A stretch of DNA of 64,000 nt from Vicugna vicugna (lineage: Eukaryota): contig MU057744.1 of assembly GCA_013265495.1 (NCBI GenBank), positions 496,001 through 560,000 on the forward strand. Direction: 5' to 3'. The notes below the pieces were generated by a model, which was not told the DNA's origin, ran no database searches, and saw only the letters and a program-made list of their open reading frames with translations. Numbering within the stretch: position 1 is the first letter of the stretch; every line of letters starts with the position of its first letter. Below are positions 24,801 through 36,800 of the stretch, piece by piece. The position numbers and the translations under genes were made by a program.

Positions 24801-27800
24801 AGCACGGGGACGCGGGGCGTGGCGCCGCGCGCTCTCGCTTCCCAGCCTCACAGGCTCCCGTGCATCCAGGCCGCCACCAAGGACACAGGCTGGCATGCGT
24901 CAACACGGCGTCAAAAAACCCAACGCGACACGGACGAAAACTCAAAATACTATGTCCCTGACCCCAGACACTAAGACCGTTACAGTCATTCTCAAGATTT
25001 TTCGTGATCCCAATCAACCATAAACTGACGAGGTAAATACGTGATCTTTCACATTTTACAGCTAATGTGGAGAAGAGATTAAAGCACAAAAACTTTAAGT
25101 TAATCTTATACTTATAAATTATACTTCATAAAGGGTTTCTTCCCCTCACCGACATGGAAACCCCACACAAGCCCAGGACCTACCGTGCCACTGGTAAACC
25201 TGTTGGTGTAGGCTGTGATGACGCCACACTTGCTCCCGGTAAACAGCTGGCAACTGTCAGGCACCCACGCACAACTAGTCACCTTGAACAAGGACAAACC
25301 AAAGATTATTGTGTTTAAAAAGCATGAGAAATTCTACATGTTTTTCTATTATTTTAAAAATATACGATCACAAAATTTAAGGCAAACCTTTAAAGTGATT
25401 AGAACGGTGCAAGATAGAATAATATCCTGTAACTTTAAGATGTCTAAAAGCTGCTCCCAAATTAGAATGTATTATAATGCACTGTCTGTGATTTTACATT
25501 TTCCTGTGTATGCACACACACATGGCCACTTCTTCCCCAGAAATTTAAACAAAACAGTCCAGGACCAGCCAGATGCAGGGCTGAGTGTGTGTGAGATGCA
25601 TTTCACCCGATTTTTACACTTCTATTTCCTTGTTTTCTTCTTCTGTTTCTGTGGGGAAACAGGGTCCTTATAAATAGACGAATTGCTTCTAACAGCTCTA
25701 AAGATGGCTCAGCAGGAGGAGGAGGAAAGACAAACACAGAGAACAGAATCTGGGATTATAACCCCTCAGCCCCAACCGTGGAGACACTTGTCATGGTCAG
25801 CCAGACCCTCTGCCTGGCCTGACAGCCTTCCTCAGCGCTGGCTGACCCCCAGCGCCACGCCCACGGCAGCTGCCCCCACCTGCTCTGCTCCCATGGCCCC
25901 TTCCAGCCCCACCTCTCCTGGTGGAGTCGGCAACACCCACACACCTCAATTCACCAAGAGGACGCAGGTCGTCAGCCACAGACCTCACCCCACCCCTTCT
26001 CTGTGCCTCAGACTGTCTCGTGTGGTCTCCTGGTTTAGAGGAGAAGGCCCTCTGTCTTTAAGGCCAGCGCCCCCCGCCCTCCGCCCCCAGTGTTTCTCAG
26101 AACGACTATGTTGTCCCTCTCAGAACTGCAAACTGTCTTTTGCTGGCTTCTCCCCTCCTGGCCCTACAAATGTGTTCAAGTGTCTGCCATCTTGAAAAAT
26201 GACTGTCTTTGATCCTGACTCCTCTTATCTCTCAATAGATCATCAGAGTCCAATGGATCCAATTTTTTTTTAGAGTTTCTTTCTTGAATGGTTCTAATTA
26301 TTTGTAAAGATTGATGTTTCATAATTTTTATCCTTTCTTAAAGGTCTTCCAAAGAACAAGAAGAAAATGTACTTTTTAAAATACACAGAATAAAACTCAT
26401 TCTGTCCTGCAACCACTATGTGGGACTACTGAACTCTCAGAAACCTAAGTTACAGCACAGGATTTTAACGTCTCATTTTTTTCTCTATTTTGAAACATTT
26501 TGCTGTTTCATCATTCTAGGAATTACTTCATCACTACTCTTCAACTATCCCAGCTGTGCTCAAGCAAAACAGACAAAATAAGAAAACGGAAGAATGACGG
26601 GTCTCCCGGGAGGACAAGGTAGCGTGAATTAAACCGTCATCTCTGGCTTCCTCTCTGCACTGTGGAAAGAATGCTGTCGTCTTCCGAGAAAGTGTAAGAG
26701 ACTGGAGACACCGTGTCTGTGGTCTGCTTTCAGCTGCCGTCGGGCACAGTGGGGGGTTCAGAACGTCTCATTTCCCAGGGGTAACAGGAAAGAGAAGAAG
26801 GCTGACAGGCACGTGCTTGGCAGTCATGAGAGCAGTCGGAGACGAGGGCAGAGGCGCGGGCCGCTGATCTGGATGACGATGATGCACCTGAGCAGCTAAG
26901 TGAGGTCTCAGCGTGTGAGTCTTTGTACGTGAGTACCCTCCATGGAATTTCTCAAACTAAGGGACAAACTGAAATATGGCCTCCTTCCCTAGTTAGGGAG
27001 TCCTCTGACCAGAAGTACTTTATTATCACGCTGTGTTCGCTAAAAATCTGGATCATACCGTTTTGCTAAAGGACTGATGGGGGTACATTTTCATCTTTAA
27101 TGATGTTTCTGTGACCAACTTTACATGACAGAAAAAATGTGCAGTGCTTAAATTTTCATTAAAATTTCTAATACGGTTGTTTTTCCCCATCCTTTATTTT
27201 TACTTTTGTGAGTTTACTGTTAGGTCAGACAACACAAGGCGATGACCCTTTCTGAAGGTTAATAAGCAAACAGTCACTACTCTCCTTTCTTTCACTGCCA
27301 AGAAGGCCCCAAAGTAGCTGCCTCCAGCTCCACAGTGCTCAGGGAATGGTGACGAGTGTCAGGAGTGTGAACAGGCATCGGGCGTTAAAGCAGGTAACGG
27401 ACGTCAGAAATGGCAACAGAACTTCCCGTGGAAAGAAGGGCAAAGAGAGAAGGTTTAACACACAGTTTAGTGCCGGGAAAAGCTGTGGCAGCAGTGCGTG
27501 TGTGTGCATGTGTGTACAGTGCTTTACAGTTTGCAGAGCACCTTCACGAGCACTGGAGGCACTTTTACAGCACCTGTATGAGCGCGCAGTGGCAGGATGA
27601 CTGGCCCAGTTTCCCGGAGGAGGCAAGCAGCTCAGGGCGGGAAAGGCTAAGCCACCTGCCAAAGGCGACCCAGTGAGCGACAGACCACAGACCACAGGGC
27701 TTTAGTCGGGCCCAGCGCTCTTTCCACCACGTCACGATGCCCAAATACCTGGTCCATTTAGGCAAAACCAGGTGTGGAAGGTGGCACTCTGGGCACTGAA

Positions 27801-30800
27801 AATGACACGGTGACAGAAGGCAAGTGGACGCTGAGAAGAGAGCAACGCTGACGTGTCCCAGCACCGGGCCCCCAGCCGGCGCTGCGTGGGAAGCGCCAGC
27901 GCTGTCTCAGTGCGATGCTGGGCGGGCCCGGATCCCAGGGACACAGGCGGAAGGGCGGGAGCTAGGAAGTCTGAGAGCCCCGCAGACAAGGCGAAAGCCC
28001 AGCCTCGTGACCGGGCCGGCTGCGGGGCAGGGGAGATGGGTTGCTATCGGTCTGAGCCCTTAGGCGTCATGTTCAATTACGGTCAGAAAGCACGTCATAG
28101 AGCCGCTCACCTGATACTGCTGCGAGCCCTGGATGAAGCTTACTGGAGGCTCGCTCTGCTTGCTCTTCAGCCGCAAAATGTTGTCGGCGTAGCCCCAGCT
28201 CAGGATGGCTGACCACTGAATGTCAGTGCTGTTCATGCTTCTCACACCTCAGCAAGGGAAACAAAAGCACCGATGCCGCTGCTCAGTTACTGATGGACAG
28301 CCCAGCCCCACGGCAGCTCGGAGGCTGACGTTTACAAAGCAGAGCGTGGTCGTTTCAGCGCAAAACCATCTTTATACCGACGAGCTGGGCCAGTTTATGG
28401 GAGTTTAGTTCCTGTAACGCCAACGGGACCCTACGGGTGAAGTTCAGGCCGTGGCACTAGCGTGCCTCTGTCCGCTTCCCAGACATACCCAGACTCTGAC
28501 GAGCCCCAAGCACGCTCTGCGAGGAGGCGAAGGGCGAGCTGAGCGAGCACAGCTGCTGTGGGCTGCTGCAGGCGCAGGCTGTCGTGGGCAACAAGGGCAG
28601 GCTGGTGTCACATCCAACACAGGTGAGTCCCTCACACTAAGTGGTAACACCAGCCTTTTCTCTTCTGCTCCATAGAAATAAACTTCAATCCACTCTAATT
28701 TTTTTACAAGTAAGTTATTCACACTTGGGGTACATTACGAATTGTAAGCAGTAACCTGTGACACACCTTACAGCCAATGGCAACATACCAGTGAGGATAA
28801 ACCACTGATACCACAGCTGTGATTAAACACCTTTACCTTACTTTGCTAGTTCACTGAACCTAGATAAAACAGTATGCAGCCTCTTTTCCTGCTAACAACT
28901 ATAAAGGCAAGCACTCATTTCACGACAGAACCAAGAGTGAGTCTGACACAGCCGGCCGGCACGCGGCGTTCCTGCTGGCACGGGTCAGGCACCCCTGCAC
29001 TGGGGTGCTCCCTGCAGTGGGTGGCCGCGGGGGCCGAGGAGCACAGCGCACAGGACATGGTTTGAAGCTGCACCAGGGCGGACCGCCCAGAGGTGTCTGG
29101 TCCCCTCGCTGGCACACAGCTGGCTGCAGCAGACAGGGGGCCCCTACTCAGTCATTTCGGCACCCAAAGCCTGTGCCTGGTAAGCAGGGAGGGTTCTTTT
29201 GCATTTAGTGACATGGTTAACTCGGAAGGTACTGCTGGAGGTGAAAACATGGCTGGCCTCCCAGTGTGTGTGGGACACTTAGAAACGTGAGGAGGGCCTG
29301 GGACAAAACAGCAGCAGAGATGAGGGAAAACACTGAAGTCTCATGAAAGATGGATACACCCAGAACGACTGTCATCGTGTTTTACCTTGTTCTTTACTGT
29401 ATGTCATCAGAAGACAGAAGTTGCGCGACAAACCACAGATTGCTCTAGTGGGCAGGGCCTGGAGAAACCCAAATCTCTCCCCGTGGGGCTGGCTGAAGCA
29501 GACCACGGGCACCGGAGCGCTTGGGGAGCCAACGTACTCCCCCCATTTCAAGCCTTTTATCCATGACAAAGGACTCTGAAAATGAAGAAAGTAAAAAGTA
29601 CAATTAGAAAAACAGTAAATATAGAACTGCTACTAACTTAATTCTAAACAAAGTAAGAGAAAACAGCTTGATTATAAGCCCTTTGCAGAGAAGAATCACT
29701 GTATAATTTTTTGCTTCCCTCGTGCTCAGCGTATGGAGATACGTGTCCTGGTTACCGGACACACTGAAGAACGAGACAAGGTGCCAGGCCCCGTGGCGTT
29801 GCGGCTATCTGGGGAGGGGCAGACAAATAAACAAACAAACACGCATCCAAGACGTCAGGTGGTGAAGGAGGAGAGCGACAAAGCTGCTGTTTCAGAGGTG
29901 GGGTCAGGGAAGCCTCTCTGAATTGTCTGGGCAGACACCGGGATGAAACGAGAGAGCATACCAGGGCTATGTCTGGGGACGGGCCTTCCTGGTGGAGGCA
30001 GCGGTCTACACGCAGGCCTGGGGGGAGTGGGGCGGGTCCCAGGTCCCCACTGCGCTGCACAGACACGCTGCCCAGACCCTGCACATTCGCAGTGTAAGTC
30101 AGCTGTGTAGCAGCAGCGAATGAGACGGCACTTGTGATTCTCAGGGATGTACTAATACATTATTTTGACATGTTAAAATAGATTCTAGTGAAAAATGATG
30201 ACCCTGGTAATGATCTTGACTAAAATGACTTACAAGGCTTCAAAACCGTACAGTTAAATTGACAAGAAAACACAAAACAAAAAACTATAGCTTTCAACTA
30301 TGAAACACAACGTTGGTGAATGGGTTCAACACTGTCTGTCATTATGATCTCTTAAATTTCAGTCTTACTGGTTGTGTAAGTTTTGTTTGTATTTAACAGG
30401 TAAATCTGATGTATGTGAGCTCTGACCAGAAAGAATTTACACTGGGTGTTCTATTTGTGTTCAACGTTTAGTGTATTTAAGTAACACCACTGTAAGCAAG
30501 GACGGTCAGGACAAGGCTGTGAAACCGTCTTCTCTTACGGTGGGTCACGGATGAGCGCAGCCTCAGGTCTGCGCTGGTCTTCACCTCCAGGCTCCTTCAC
30601 AACCTCTCTCCCCTTTCTTTTCACGTTCTGCCATCCCCTCTGTAAACCCTTATAACACTTTACAAGTCACAGGCTCCCATCTTATGCTGCCTTGATAATG
30701 AAGAATTTAGTTGAGGATTAGAATTCATTTTATTCTTAAGGTTTGCTTGCTTCATTTTTCATTTTCGGAGTAAACAGTATACCTACTTCCTATTTTAAGA

Positions 30801-33800
30801 GGCAATACTTTTTATCATTACAATCTAGAGGGGCCAAAAAATGTGTAAGATTCCCCCTGAATTGTAAACCAGAACATTTACTCAGCTGGTCGGGACTTCT
30901 GGTGGCAGGTGACAGTGGGCGCAGGCGAGGCCTGTCTGCACTGGCTGACTGCTCTCTGGTCCGGGAGAGCTCCTCCCTCTCATCTGCAGCCCCTGCGTGT
31001 CCCTGCCTCGTGAGGCTTCCCCATAACCACCCTCAGGGAGGTGGCACTCCGACCCGAGCTCCCAAAGCACCCCCCTCACGTCACTGAGGCAGCATTTACG
31101 ACACACACCATCGCAGCTCAAGGGCGCGTCTGTGTTCACGGGCCGCGCACCCCTTTGGGCTGGGACCACGCTGCTCACTTCCTGGCCCCGAGAGCCTGGG
31201 GGCGGGTCTGACATACTGCGAGCTGCACCAGCTTTTGCTGAACTCTACTGAAGTCCAAGCGACATACCGGATAGGTGACCTCCTTGACCTGCTCTTTGGT
31301 TTCCCTGAACGCGAACTGCACTAACAGCCCCACGGCGGCAGGGAGCTCTCCTTCAATGCTGAGCCTGGACCCAGGCCTGCCGGCGTGCGCCGACTGGAAC
31401 AGCTGACGAGGGGTCTGGCCGTAGGTTTTGATCATGGTTTCCAGCGCTCGTCTCTGAACTGGATCTTCCACTGCAGAGACGTCCATCCCAAAGTACGTCT
31501 GCAGGGGGACAGAGAGCAAGAGGCCGAGACGTGTGACCAGAACAACACTGGTAGTAACACCAAAGGGGAAACAACTGGCTCTGCTCTCTCAGCAGCGGTC
31601 CACCCTCCTCTGCTTCAGACGGAAAGGAGTTCTAGTGGTTTCGATCAGGTTAATAATCATTAATAGTCTCAAAGAGATCCGAGTAGGAACAATCAATGTT
31701 TCTCAGTAGATGAATGAAAATAATGTATCTTGATTGTCCGGTGCTAATTAGGTATGTTTATAAAATTGACTTTTTTTTTTTTTACTTTTTTTTATTGATT
31801 TATAATCATTTTACAATGTTGTGTCAAATTCCAGTGTAGAGCACAATTTTTCAGTTATACATGAACATATATGTATTTATTGTCACATTTTTTTCTCTGT
31901 GAGCTACCATAAGATCTTGCATATATTTCCCTGTGCTATACAGTATAATCTTGTTTATCTATTCTACATTTTGAAATCCCAGTCTATCCCTTCCCACCCC
32001 CACCCCCTTGGCAACCCCAAGTTTGTATTCTATGTCTATGAGTCTGTTTCTGTTTTGTATTTATGTTTTGTTTGTTGTTTTTTTTACAGATGACTGGATA
32101 AAGAAGACGTGGTACATTTATACAATGGGATACTATTCAGCCATAAAAACCGACAACATAAAGCCATTTGCAGCAACATGGATGCTCCTGGAGAATGTCA
32201 TTCTAAGTGAAGTAAGCCAGAAAGAGAAAGAAAAATACCATATGAGATCGCTCATATGTGGAATCTAAAAAAAAAAAAAATTGATTTTAAATTTAAGAGA
32301 CTATCATATAAGACCTCATTTATCTGCACCACAAAAGAAACCATCAACAAAGTGAAAAAGCAGCCAACCAAATGAGAAATTATTTGCACATTATATCTGA
32401 TAAAGGGTTAATATCCAAAATATATAAAGAACTCATTTGACTCAACAGTAAAAAAGCAATCTGATTAAAAAGTGGGCAGAGGATCTGAACAGACATTTCC
32501 AAAGAAGACATCCAGATGGCCAACAGGTACATGAAACAGTGCTCAACATCACTCACCATCAGGAAAGTGTAAACCAAAACCACAGTGAGCTATCACCTCG
32601 CACCTGTTAGAACGGCTATTACCAAGAAGACAGGCGATAACGAGTGCTGGCGAGGATGTGAGAACAGGGAGTCCCTGTGCTCTGCTGGCAGGAGTGCAAA
32701 CTGGTGCAGCCCTATGGAAACAGTGCAGAGGTTCCTCAAAAAATTAAAAACAGAAGTGCCACATGACCCAGCAATCCCACTTCTGGGTATTTAGCCGAAG
32801 AAAACAGTAACACTCATTTGAGATGATATGTGCACCCCTGTGTTCACTGAGCTTTATTTACAAAAGCCAAGATACAGAGGCAACCTAAACGTGCATGGAC
32901 GGAACGGATGAAGAACATGTGGCATACAGATGCAATGGAATATCACTCAGCCATAAACGAATGAAATCTCGTGACAACATGGATGGACCCTGAAAGCATT
33001 ATGCCAAGTGAAACAAGTCAGACAGAGAAAGAAAAACACCACACAAATAAGTACTATCTCGTTTAAGTGCAGAATCTAAACAAACAAAAAACCAAGCTCA
33101 CAGATGCAGAGAACAGGTTGGTGGTTGCCAGAGGTGAGGGCTGAGTGAAATGGGTTAAGGGGGCCAAAAGGTACAAACTTTCAGTTATAAAATAAGTCAG
33201 TCACGGGGATGTAATGTGTAGCTATTGACTATAGCTAATAACATCACACTGCATATTTGAAAGTTGCTAGGAGAATAAATCTTGAGTATTCATCACAAGA
33301 AAAAAACCATTTTGTAACTATATACGGGGTGGATGTTAACTAGACTTCCTGTGTTGATCATTTCCCAAATGATCAAATCACTATGTTGTACACTGGAAAC
33401 TAACATAATGTGTGTCAATCATACCTCAACTGAAAAGAAAAGAACAACAAATTGAGGGTTTTCTCTGGTCTTGTCTCTCAGTGAGCACTGAAGAAAAATA
33501 ACCAAGATTTTCAATTAAGTTCATCCAAAATAGCTTCTGCAAGCAGATTAGTAGGTGGCTGTATTTTTTTCTGTAGCTGCCTGTTAGATAGTGGTTAGAA
33601 AACTAGAGTCAAGCACTTAGTCAAAACCTTTCCAGGTGGTCAGCAGAATGGGAGGAGACAAGAGAACTCAGGTACACGGCAACACAGAGTCTGAAGACAA
33701 GCAGAGGACCCAGCTCCACCTCAGTTCTCTCAGGGGATGACCACGGGAGCTAGAAGTTCACAGCCATCTGTATCTACCTGGAATTGTCTCATATGCAAAT

Positions 33801-36800
33801 GCCCTTTCGTTCTCTCTTTTTTTTTTTTCAAGGGGAAAGATAATTAGGTTTATCTGTTTCTTCGTTTTTTCAGTGGAGGTAACTGGGGGTTGAATGAGGA
33901 CCTCGTGCATGCTAAGCACACGCTCTACCACTGAGCTGTACCCACACCCACTTTTGTTCTTTGACGTCAATATGCTAAGTCTGATTTCTCTCAAGACACA
34001 ACGGCTGGTTGCTGTTGCTAATTCGCACGCACCAGGTAGAAGATGTCCAAAATATCAACTACTGAGACACGTTTCCTTACATATATAGACATCAGTAAGG
34101 AGCCTCCATTTCTGGAGGTCTCCGCCTCTCTGCTTTTCTGGGCTGAAGAATCAGCAGTCTGAACACCAGAATCACTGAAACCCAAGCAAAGTCTTTCCAA
34201 TTTCTACCCTGGAAGCTCAAGAGCAACACATCCATGCTTTATTTACTCTTGGAGAGGATTAATTTAATTTTGATTTCCTCTCTCTGTGTGTCTGCTTTGG
34301 AGGCTTCCACATACACTGCTGAGCCCGACCGACTAGAACTTGGCAGTGAGAAGGCTGTGCCAGAGGCAGAGGACTGGCTGAGAAGCAAAGTCAGGCATTC
34401 CATTTTTGACCAAAAGGCTGCAGAAAGGCCGGCACACTTGGTGGTCCATGACTGGTGTCCTCCATGCTGTCGCCCTTCTTAGGTCATGAAGGGGGGTTAG
34501 GGCAATAATCAGACTGGGAAAGGAGTACGAGTCAGGATTTAACACCTAGTGCTGGAATAAGAAAAAAGGCTTCATGTGTAGTACTAAACTATTAAAAAAG
34601 TAATCTGTCCAAAGCGAGATACAGGAAGAGGGAAAAGTGAAATGAAGACACAGTGCTGGTAGGAATTATTTAGGTTCTAGTGAAAACTGCAAGGAATCTC
34701 AGAGAGCAGCAGCGACAACTCCAAGCTCGTATGTAAAGGGTGTTACTACACTTCTCTCCTTAGTGTCATTGTTCCTCAGAGTCAGATGAGAGTGACGTGC
34801 ACTTACGTTTTTGTTTTTAAAGCTCACAGACAGTAGCTGGGTAGAGATCTGTCCTGCTGTGTGCGTCCCCTGTACAATTCAGCATTATCATGTAATGTCA
34901 TAGCAAATTTCACGTATGCATCTACACGTGACATCTCTATAAATGCCAAAGTCGAGTTTCACAGATTCTCAGATGTTAAACAGTCTTCCACACTCACTCC
35001 CCTCATCACTATCACCACCGTCACCACCAGCACCACGAGGACTCAGACCCCTGTTACCACGCTCACCTGAGCAGGGTCCTGCTTAGCGGTTGCTTGATCT
35101 CATACACTTGAAAGTTCACATGAAGACTGGAAGAGCCCTACGGCCGGAACTCATTCAAATTTATTTTAAAACAGTCCTTCTTTCCATTCTGTGGTATCAG
35201 TTTCTAGTGGACCCCATATATTGGTGAATGTTGACTTAAGATCAAAAGGCATTTTTACATTCCTTTTTACAAAGTTAACATTTATGTATACGTAACTGTA
35301 CGGCAGGCATCACTCTGTATGAACTTTAGTCCCTACTTATGAGGCTGGTGTTATTGTTCACATGTTATACATCTGACATTTAGGTACAGAGAGGCTAAGG
35401 TCACACCAAGTCACACAGCAAGTGGCAAAGTCACAGAGGAAGGATTCGAATTCAATTCTGAATTCAGAGACTGTGCACTGATGAAGCTACACTTTGTTTT
35501 GCCCCATGAATTGAGTTTTATTAAATTTCTAGAACTCTATCCTTTTTAAAGTTCTAAAGTCCCAAAGAATTAGTGAAAAAATTCCAGTAGGATGAGAATT
35601 ATGTCATATATTGCTACACGCAGGTACTTTTAATGTGAATTTTAAGTAAGAATAATTGAAAAGATGTGCCAGGATTACAGGCACAGGGTATATCGAGGTT
35701 AATGTCCAAATCCCTAGTTGCTTTCAAAGTTATCTTTTAGATCAAGTATGAATGAAGTTCACAAATCAGCCCTGCGGCCCCGCCTTTGCTTTACACTTGC
35801 TTCTGTGGACAATTATCAGTCCCCAATCCAACTGTACGACGCCCTTTTCAACCACTGGGCCAGGGCATTCAAGGCCCACCAGAGTCACCAGTGCATCTGT
35901 CAGAGTCTCTTCCAGACTGTGAGCCTCTTAAGAAATTTAATTTTCTATTACCTTAGATGCACTTAAAACAATTACCGAGCAAAATGGACTGAAGAGATTT
36001 TTATTTCAACTACCATTCAGGAATGGACCTCTGGCTTAATAAGCCCAGATACAGAGTGTGTTACTGGAGGATCTATGCATGCACTTTAGCTGTGTTTGCT
36101 GCAAACACTCCATGCATCTACACAGAAAGTCACAGCCAGAGGGCAAGTCCGCGATCAATCTAACTCCGCCTCCTAATTTTAAAGTCAGGAACACAAAGAG
36201 GCTGTGTGTCTTATGCAGCGGATTAGTGGTTCATCTCTAGTTCTCTTTGAGTAGCATCTGGGCAGAACACTAGGAAATAGGTTCCTCCTCAAAATTTGTC
36301 TTTTTACCTCTCATTCCTTGAGGAACCTCCTTCCAGAGGCCTCACTCAGACCCCACTCCCACATCAAGGCAGGCTGAACTACGCTAACCTTCCTTCTAGC
36401 CTGACTCTCTATTTGAATCTTTTTTTTTTGTCTTTAAAACTTGAAAAAAAAAACTACACTTTTTAAAAAAGAGGTATATTTTGCATACAGTAAAATACTA
36501 CAAATTTTTAAAGAACAATCCAATGCAACCATCACGCAAATCAAGACACAACATCCGCATCACCAGGAAGCGCCCTGGTGCCCTCCTGCGGTGCACGCCC
36601 TGCTCCTCAGAGGCACTGCTGTTCTGGCTCTCTCACTAAGACTACTTTTCCCTGCTTTTGCATTCCATGTAAATGGAGTGGATTCGTACACAGTCTACCC
36701 TTAAGTAAGGCCTCTTTCTCTCAGTATAAAATGCTCTGGGGAATCACCCCTGTTGCCACATCTGTGTACGGTCCATTCCTTCCTGCCGCTGAGTTGTCCA

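Noticed and set aside
25683..26195. 170-aa Pro/Ser-rich ORF in intron 47
   Set aside because: Non-ATG start, low-complexity composition typical of GC-rich intron, no homology recognised.
33880..33949. tRNA-like sequence (also at 59455-59523)
   Set aside because: Head of a Vic-1-type SINE with AT-rich tail, not a tRNA gene.
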